From Chthonomonadales bacterium (GTDB lineage Bacteria > Armatimonadota > Chthonomonadetes > Chthonomonadales > CAJBBX01), in the NCBI GenBank assembly GCA_037443035.1, contig JBBIPC010000001.1, forward strand, positions 1 to 64,000: a stretch of 64,000 nt of DNA. The letters are read 5' to 3'. Below the pieces are notes generated by a model. It was not told the origin of the DNA, did not search any database, and worked only from the letters and a program-made list of their open reading frames with translations. Below are positions 57,653 through 64,000 of the stretch, piece by piece (the stretch's first letter is position 1; each line of letters opens with the position of its first letter). The position numbers and the translations under genes were made by a program.

Positions 57653-57716
57653 GCTGAGGTATTATCGAGACTCCTCGCAGAGAATGTCAACCCATCGCAC
57701 GGGAGGTACTACGCCG

Positions 57717-58850
57717 ATGGCGTCAAGCGCGAAACGGCCGGGAGCTGGCCTGGAGGATGTGGTCGCCGGCGAAAGCAAGATCTGCTACGTGGATGGTGAG
57801 CGCGGCCGTCTCATCTACTATGGCTACGATGTCGCCGAACTCGCCGCGCACTCATCGTTCGAGGAAGTTGCTTACCTCCTGTGGTATGGCCGGCTTCCAG
57901 GACGCATCGAGTTCGACGCTTTCCTGGATACATTCACGGGCTCCATGCGGTTGCCGGTCGAGACGGCCATGATTCTGCGGATGTTCCCGCGCACGGCGAC
58001 CCCCATGGAAGTGCTTCGTACAGCCGTATCGTCGCTGGGACACTGGGACCCAGACAGCGGCAACACTGCGTTGGACGCATGCCTGCGGAAGGCCATCCGT
58101 CTCACAGAACGCCTCCCGCTGCTCATCACGGCCCACCAACGCCTGAGGAACGGTCTGGAGCCTGTGCCACCCAAGCCTGGCCGCAGCATTGCCTACAACT
58201 TCCTGTACACTCTGTTCGGAACCGAGCCGAAAGGCGCGATGGTGACGGCGTTCGACGTTGCACTCATTCTGCATGCCGACCATGAGCTGAACGCCTCGAC
58301 CTTCGCTGCAAGGGTTGTGGCTGCGACGATGTCGGACATGTACTCGGGGGTGACCGCCGCCATCGGCGCGCTCAAAGGACCTCTGCACGGAGGTGCGAAC
58401 GAGCAGGTCGTGCGCATGTTCCAGCAGATTGGCGACCCAGCGGCCGCGGAGGCTTGGGTGCTCCAAGCGCTGGAGGCCAAGAAGAAGGTGCCCGGTTTCG
58501 GGCATCGCGTGTATCGGACATACGATCCTCGGGCTGTTATCCTCAAGAACTATGCCAAGTCGTCCTCCGATGCGGCGGGTGATACTCGGCTGTACGAGAT
58601 CGCCTGCGCCGTCGAGGATACGATGCTGAAGCACTCCAAGGTCTTTCCAAACGTGGATTTCTGGTCGGGCATCTGCTATTCGTCCATGGGTATCCCGACC
58701 GAGCTGTTCACTCCCATCTTCGCCGTGAGTCGGGTTGTCGGATGGACTGCGCACATCCTCGAGCAGTGGTCGGACAATCGCCTCATCCGTCCTCGTGCCG
58801 AGTACGTGGGGCCGATGGACCTGAAGTACGTGCCCATTAACCGTCGTTGA
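57717..58850 (+). CDS. Citrate synthase (short dimeric type)
   Basis: HADHELNASTF, GPLHGGAN, GFGHRVY..YDPR, PNVDF. Confidence 0.95.
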   Translation: MASSAKRPGAGLEDVVAGESKICYVDGERGRLIYYGYDVAELAAHSSFEEVAYLLWYGRLPGRIEFDAFLDTFTGSMRLPVETAMILRMFPRTATPMEVLRTAVSSLGHWDPDSGNTALDACLRKAIRLTERLPLLITAHQRLRNGLEPVPPKPGRSIAYNFLYTLFGTEPKGAMVTAFDVALILHADHELNASTFAARVVAATMSDMYSGVTAAIGALKGPLHGGANEQVVRMFQQIGDPAAAEAWVLQALEAKKKVPGFGHRVYRTYDPRAVILKNYAKSSSDAAGDTRLYEIACAVEDTMLKHSKVFPNVDFWSGICYSSMGIPTELFTPIFAVSRVVGWTAHILEQWSDNRLIRPRAEYVGPMDLKYVPINRR

Positions 58851-61318
58851 ACACTCCAGGGGATGTCCGTTCCGTGCGCCTGCAGGACTCCATCACCGCC
58901 AACGACCTAGAGCGTCGTATACGTGAACACGCGCGCTACACACTCGCACGGGAGTGGGAGGAGCTCGAACCCTCGCAGATCTTCACTGCAGTGGCGTGTG
59001 CGACACGGGACCTGGTTATCGAGGCGGCGTTGGAAACCGAGCGGCGCATACGCTCCAGCAAGGCCAAGCGCATCTACTACCTCTCCATCGAGTACCTGAT
59101 CGGACGTTCGCTTGGCAACAATCTGCGCAACCTCGGCTTGTATGACCTATGCCGTACAACCTTGAACCGCCTTGGCATCGAGCTCGATGACCTCTTGGAG
59201 GAAGAGGCTGAAGCAGCGCTGGGCAACGGCGGTCTGGGTCGGCTGGCAGCATGCTTCTTGGACTCCATGGCGACGATGGGCTACGCCGGCATGGGCTACG
59301 GCATCAACTACGAAAACGGTTTGTTCCGGCAGGTGATCATCAACGGCGCGCAAGTGGAGCAGCCTGAGAACTGGCGCGCGTTCGGATCGCCGTGGCTGAT
59401 CCTGCGCCCTGAGGAAGCCATCGCCGTACCCATGTACGGTAGAGTCGTCCATCGCACGTTGCCCGATGGTCGCTACAGTCCGATCTGGACGGACTGGCGC
59501 CTTGTCCTCGGGGTGCCGTCCGATCTGCCCATCGTTGGCTATGGCGGTAACACCGTAACGTATTTGCGACTCTATTCGGCTCACTCTACCAATGACCTTG
59601 ACCTCACGGCCTTCGGCGGTGGTGCCTACCTCCATGCTGTGGCGCAGCGGGTCGAAGACGAGACAATCTCCCGAGTGCTCTACCCACTCGATGCTGCTGA
59701 GGCTGGGCGTGAACTCCGTCTGCGACAGGAGTACTTCTTCGTCGCGTGCGCTGTACGAGACATCCTGAGACGCTACCTAGTGGAGCACACCGACCTGCGC
59801 GAGCTGCCTGAGCACGTCGCTATCCATCTGAACGACACCCATCCCACGCTGGCGATACCGGAGATGATGCGCTTGCTGGTGGATGATCATGGGATGGACT
59901 GGGATACGGCGTGGGATGTGACCCAGCGAGTGTTCGGTTACACCAACCATACACTTATGCCAGAGGCGCTAGAGAGCTGGGCGGTTACCCTCTTGGAGCG
60001 GGTCATACCCCGGCACCTGCTCATCATCTACGAGATCAATCGCCGCTTCGTGGAGCAGGTCCGAGCACGTTGGCCAGGTGATGACGAAGTCGTTCGGAGA
60101 ACGAGCATCGTTCATACGAACGGAGAAGCTCGCATCAGTATGGGCGCGTTGGCCGTGGTGGGGAGCCACAGCATCAACGGCGTGTCGGAGCTACACAGCG
60201 GACTGGTGCGCAGCCGCCTCTTCGAGCATCATGCGGCCCTCTGGCCCGAGCGCTTCCACAACAAGACCAACGGAGTGTCTCCCAGACGTTGGATCCTCAC
60301 CGCCAATCCCGACTTGGCTAACTTCCTGGACATGCTGCTCGGACGTAGCTGGGTAGTGGACCTGGACCGGCTCGAGGAACTGGAGAAGTACATCGCCGAT
60401 ACCAGTGCGCGCGACAGATTCGCTGATGTGAAGAAAGAGAACAAGGCACGCCTTGCCAGGTACATCCTTGACGAGCTGGAGGAGACGGTAGATCCCCAAT
60501 CGCTGTTCGATGTGCAGGTGAAGCGGATTCACGAGTACAAACGGCAGATTCTGAACCTCCTAAGGATAGCCGATGATTACCTCCGCATTGTCGAAGATGG
60601 CTACGAACCACCTGTGCCTCGTACATACCTCTTTGCAGGCAAGGCAGCAGTCGGCTACCATAACGCTAAGGAGACTATCCGCGCCATCTTGGCCCTGGCG
60701 AAAACGGTCAACCGCCACGCACGCGCCAAGCAGCACATGCGCCTGTTATTCCTGCCGGACTATCGCGTCACTCTGGCGGAACGCATCATCCCTGCAGCGG
60801 ACCTCAGTGAGCAGATCAGTCTGGCAGGAACAGAGGCGTCCGGAACGGGCAACATGAAGCTGGCGATGAATGGTGCACTGACGATCGGCACACGGGACGG
60901 TGCCAACATCGAGATAGAAGAAGCGGTTGGTGCCGAGAATGCGTTCATGTTCGGCATGAGTGTTGCCGAAGTCGCCGAGCGCCGACGTGCGGGTTACAGA
61001 TCGGTGGAGATGGTGCAGGGCAATCCAAGGCTACGAAGGGTGCTGGAGGCATTTCGTGACGGAGTCTTGACGCCCAAGGTGCCGGAGGTAGGCGCCTGGG
61101 TTTGGCATAGGCTGGTGGACGAAGGCGACGAGTACATGGCGTTGGCGGATTTCCAATCCTATGTGGAAGCTCAGGAGCACGTAACGCAGCTCTACTGCCG
61201 GCGGGTTGACTGGCAGGTCGCGGCCCTCCGCACAGTTGCCCGTATGGGTCGGTTCTCGAGCGACCGAACGATCAAGGAGTACGCCGCAGACGTATGGCAT
61301 GCCCGGCCTGCGGAGTGA
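58847..61318 (+). CDS. glgP: Glycogen/alpha-glucan phosphorylase
   Basis: LGNGGLGRLAACF, LNDTHP, VKRIHEYKRQ, EASGTGNMK (PLP Lys), FSSDRTI. Confidence 0.96.
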   Translation: MNTPGDVRSVRLQDSITANDLERRIREHARYTLAREWEELEPSQIFTAVACATRDLVIEAALETERRIRSSKAKRIYYLSIEYLIGRSLGNNLRNLGLYDLCRTTLNRLGIELDDLLEEEAEAALGNGGLGRLAACFLDSMATMGYAGMGYGINYENGLFRQVIINGAQVEQPENWRAFGSPWLILRPEEAIAVPMYGRVVHRTLPDGRYSPIWTDWRLVLGVPSDLPIVGYGGNTVTYLRLYSAHSTNDLDLTAFGGGAYLHAVAQRVEDETISRVLYPLDAAEAGRELRLRQEYFFVACAVRDILRRYLVEHTDLRELPEHVAIHLNDTHPTLAIPEMMRLLVDDHGMDWDTAWDVTQRVFGYTNHTLMPEALESWAVTLLERVIPRHLLIIYEINRRFVEQVRARWPGDDEVVRRTSIVHTNGEARISMGALAVVGSHSINGVSELHSGLVRSRLFEHHAALWPERFHNKTNGVSPRRWILTANPDLANFLDMLLGRSWVVDLDRLEELEKYIADTSARDRFADVKKENKARLARYILDELEETVDPQSLFDVQVKRIHEYKRQILNLLRIADDYLRIVEDGYEPPVPRTYLFAGKAAVGYHNAKETIRAILALAKTVNRHARAKQHMRLLFLPDYRVTLAERIIPAADLSEQISLAGTEASGTGNMKLAMNGALTIGTRDGANIEIEEAVGAENAFMFGMSVAEVAERRRAGYRSVEMVQGNPRLRRVLEAFRDGVLTPKVPEVGAWVWHRLVDEGDEYMALADFQSYVEAQEHVTQLYCRRVDWQVAALRTVARMGRFSSDRTIKEYAADVWHARPAE

Positions 61319-61379
61319 AAATGCGAGGACTACCTGGTGCCATCGAACACGGGGACAGAATAGAGGACGCTTGCAAGAG

Positions 61380-61452
61380 TGGAGCTGGGCGGATTCGAAC
61401 CGCCGACCTCCTCGATGCGAACGAGGCGCTCTCCCAGCTGAGCCACAGCCCC
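61380..61452 (-). tRNA. tRNA-Ala (CGC)
   Basis: GGGGCTGTGGCTCAGCTGGGAGAGCGCCTCGTTCGCATCGAGGAGGTCGGCGGTTCGAATCCGCCCAGCTCCA, with the G3:U70 identity pair. Confidence 0.96.
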
Positions 61453-61464
61453 ACGACAATGCCC

Positions 61465-61493
61465 AGTATACCGCCAGAGCAAGCCGCTGTCAA
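61465..61493 (-). promoter_or_regulatory. sigma70-type promoter for tRNA-Ala
   Basis: Minus strand TTGACA (61488-61493), 17-nt spacer, TATACT (61465-61470). Confidence 0.78.
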
Positions 61494-61641
61494 CGGTCGA
61501 GATGGTCCTGGGCCAGGCGGTGTCACCGTGTACGGCGAATCGACGATTGGCGGTATAGTTAGGATGGATTCATCCATGGAGGCAGCCCTTCGGTAGCCTT
61601 TGGCTAGGGTGCGAGGTGGCGCTAGGCAAGGAGGAACGAAC

Positions 61642-62016
61642 GTGGAGTTCTCGATAGAGCACGTGGATGGTACGGTCGTTGTTGTGATCAAGTCCGACCG
61701 TCTGGACGCCAACAACGCAAACATCTTCAAACGTTCGATGGAACCGGTCCTGGCCGAAGCCAAGGACGCCATCTTGGATCTCGGGGCTGTGCGTTTCATG
61801 GACAGTTCGGGGATCGGCGCCCTGCTTTCCTGTCTGCGTCGGATGAATGCAGCAGGGGGCACCTTGCGTCTGGCGTCCATTCAGCGACCCGTGCGCCAGG
61901 TCATGGACTTGGTGCGAATGCACCGCGTCTTCGATATCTACGACAATCTCCAGGATGCGCTGAAAGCCGCGCGGGTGCCGGCGGGTACAGTTCGGGAGGC
62001 GGGGTCAGAGGGCTAG
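61642..62016 (+). CDS. STAS-domain anti-sigma factor antagonist (RsbV/SpoIIAA-like)
   Basis: LDLGAVRFMDSSGIGAL with phosphorylatable Ser; AGGAGG RBS. Confidence 0.92.
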   Translation: MEFSIEHVDGTVVVVIKSDRLDANNANIFKRSMEPVLAEAKDAILDLGAVRFMDSSGIGALLSCLRRMNAAGGTLRLASIQRPVRQVMDLVRMHRVFDIYDNLQDALKAARVPAGTVREAGSEG

Positions 62017-64000
62017 CGTCGCACGACGAGCCAGAGGACGTTACGTCCAAGGTTATCCCGTTTGTACTCCCACTGGTTCACGCTCTGCTTAATGAAGTAG
62101 AGCCCGAGCGGCTGTTCCTTGTCCACACCGAGAGTCGGTTCGGGCACATCGGCTGCTGCGAAGCCTGCGCCGAGGTCGAAAACACGCAACTCGACGCGGT
62201 CTGGGTAAGCCTCGGCAATGATCTGTACGACCAGATCCGAGCGCCTTTCGTGAGCGTGCTGTATGACGTTCGTCGCGGCCTCATGGACGGCAAGGACGAG
62301 ACCTACGACCGTCTCCTCGGGCAGTTTGCTACCGGGTATCGCATCGCAGAAGCTCCGTGCGAACTCCCTTACACGAGGCAAGTGCTCGGAGGCACACGGT
62401 ATCTCCAGCGTGCACGTTAGAACGGGCTTCTCTGGTATGCGGGAAGCGACCGATACTGCGACGCATGTGATGTCGTCACGAGGCGGCACTCCTGCGCAGA
62501 ACTCGGACACGGCGCGCAGAACCTTGGTTGTCACGGCTTGAGGCGGCTGACCATACGCTCGTACGAGGACCTCTTTGAGCCGCTTCGTACCGAATGTCTC
62601 GCCAGCGTCGTTCTCCGCATCTATGACGCCGTCACTGTAGAAGAAGAACTGGTCGCCAAGTTCGAACGGAACTGCGACGGGAGTCACTAGCGCGTGTTCT
62701 GTAAAGCCAAGTGGCATGTCGTGGCCATTGATCAAGGTACAGGTGCGATGCTGGGAGCCGACGTGAGCGATGCCGGTGTGACCGCAGTCTATGATCGTGC
62801 ACTGCTTCGCTTCGGCATCGAACCTGGCGAAGACCAGCGTCACGAAGCTCTCGAGCGCAGTGAGCTCCGAAGACATCCGCTGGTGGACGACGCTGACAAC
62901 CTCCTGGGGGGTGGGCAGCCTGTGGAACGGCTCGAGCCAGCGACCGAGCTGGCGTTGTGCCTCATGAAAGTTGTTCTTTGTGATGGCACCGACCAGCGCG
63001 GCCATGAGGCCCTTGCCCATGACGTCGCCGATTAGCACATCCAGCACTTTCTCGGAATGGACCCACGTACCGACGAAGTCTCCCGAGATGAGGCGGCTCG
63101 CTTTGACCTGAACGGCAACGTCGTAGGCTTCCGTCGCGACGTCTGGGTTGCCGATCAAGAGGGCCTTCTGGATCCTGTCGGCCGCCCGATCTTCTTCCTC
63201 CCTGGCCTGTACCAGCGCAGTTTCGGTGCGGATACGATCGCTCAGATCACGCACCACAACACCCAGCATTGCCGTTTCATCTAGGGGAGCCGAGGACACG
63301 GCGACCTCGACCGGGAACTCCTCGCCACTCCGACGAAGCGCCATCGTCTCGAAGCGGTTGGCGCGATGCGGGATGCTCTTAGCGGAGATTGGGGCAACGC
63401 CCCCGCTGCGCCATTCATGGTGCTTCGACGCCGGGGCTACGACGCTCAGCAAGGGCAAGCCAAGCACCTCGTCTGCTGTGTACCCAAATATCGTCTCGGC
63501 TCGCATGTTCCAGCCGGTGATGTAGGTCTTGCTGTCGGTGGAGATGACCGCGTCCAGTGACGCCTCGACCAAGAGACGCGTCCGTGTCTCGCTAGCTCGG
63601 AGAGCCTCCTGTGCAGCGCGCTCTTCCAGACGCGCACGTTGCTGTTCGATGGCCGCCTGAATGGCCGAGACGAGTCGCGCCGGGCGGTCCTTGAGGATGT
63701 AATCTGTAGCGCCCTTCCGGATGCATTCAGCGGCTGCCTCGTCTCCGAGCTCGCCAGTGACGATGATGACGGGTATCTCGATGCCGTTATGCTTCATCAT
63801 CTCCATGGCATCTATGGCTGTGAAGCCCTGGAGCAGGTAGTCGGCAAGAATCACGTCCGCGGAAACGTTCAACGCGCGGACCAGTCCGTCCAGCGTATCG
63901 ACGCGCTCCCAGACGAACTCGAGCCCCTGCTTCTCCATCGTCTTGGCTATGAGCTGGGCGTCAGCCGGCCGGTCTTCGAGTATGACTATGCGCAGTGGCT
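62013..64000 (-). CDS. REC-PAS-PP2C(SpoIIE/RsbU)-HATPase(RsbW-like) fusion; start lies beyond the window edge
   Basis: REC (IVILED...ADY...TG...KGATDYILK), PAS, PP2C (SGDF, GDVMGKG, YSDG, RDDIT), HATPase (EAATNVIQHA, FDLGAGF). Confidence 0.9.
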   Translation of the reverse strand, partial: PLRIVILEDRPADAQLIAKTMEKQGLEFVWERVDTLDGLVRALNVSADVILADYLLQGFTAIDAMEMMKHNGIEIPVIIVTGELGDEAAAECIRKGATDYILKDRPARLVSAIQAAIEQQRARLEERAAQEALRASETRTRLLVEASLDAVISTDSKTYITGWNMRAETIFGYTADEVLGLPLLSVVAPASKHHEWRSGGVAPISAKSIPHRANRFETMALRRSGEEFPVEVAVSSAPLDETAMLGVVVRDLSDRIRTETALVQAREEEDRAADRIQKALLIGNPDVATEAYDVAVQVKASRLISGDFVGTWVHSEKVLDVLIGDVMGKGLMAALVGAITKNNFHEAQRQLGRWLEPFHRLPTPQEVVSVVHQRMSSELTALESFVTLVFARFDAEAKQCTIIDCGHTGIAHVGSQHRTCTLINGHDMPLGFTEHALVTPVAVPFELGDQFFFYSDGVIDAENDAGETFGTKRLKEVLVRAYGQPPQAVTTKVLRAVSEFCAGVPPRDDITCVAVSVASRIPEKPVLTCTLEIPCASEHLPRVREFARSFCDAIPGSKLPEETVVGLVLAVHEAATNVIQHAHERRSDLVVQIIAEAYPDRVELRVFDLGAGFAAADVPEPTLGVDKEQPLGLYFIKQSVNQWEYKRDNLGRNVLWLVVRR

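Noticed and set aside
44185..61452. tRNA-Val, -Thr and -Ala as island integration sites
   Set aside because: Flanks are housekeeping genes; no integrase or duplicated tRNA 3' ends were seen.

Overview
GC-rich bacterial chromosomal window, densely coding and mostly housekeeping. Gene content loosely suggests a Terrabacteria lineage such as Armatimonadota, but that is inference only. It holds four tRNA genes (Asn, Val, Thr, Ala), ppk1, a complex I operon (nuoA,C,D,E,F,G,H,J,K,L,M,N) lacking nuoB and nuoI, rimI-tsaD, a split glutaminase plus NadE NAD synthetase, pyrE, ftsY, mnmE, pcrA, xseAB, ggt, a SigH-like sigma factor, hemW, class I fumarase, ftsH, tilS, citrate synthase, glgP and a partner-switching pair. 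I see no integrase, transposase, rRNA or CRISPR array. The best candidate for a novel system is a tightly coupled three-gene cassette at 21.9-26.6 kb. It encodes an atypical ECF-like sigma factor, an Xre-HTH protein, and a 1056-aa fusion of an ImmA/IrrE-type HExxH metalloprotease, a UvrD-like SF1 helicase and a four-Cys, degenerate PD-(D/E)XK-like domain. A 24-bp perfect palindrome precedes it. My hypothesis is a helicase-coupled, ssDNA-sensing proteolytic switch controlling a sigma factor (DNA damage or phage response). All calls come from motif recognition by eye; no database searches were run.
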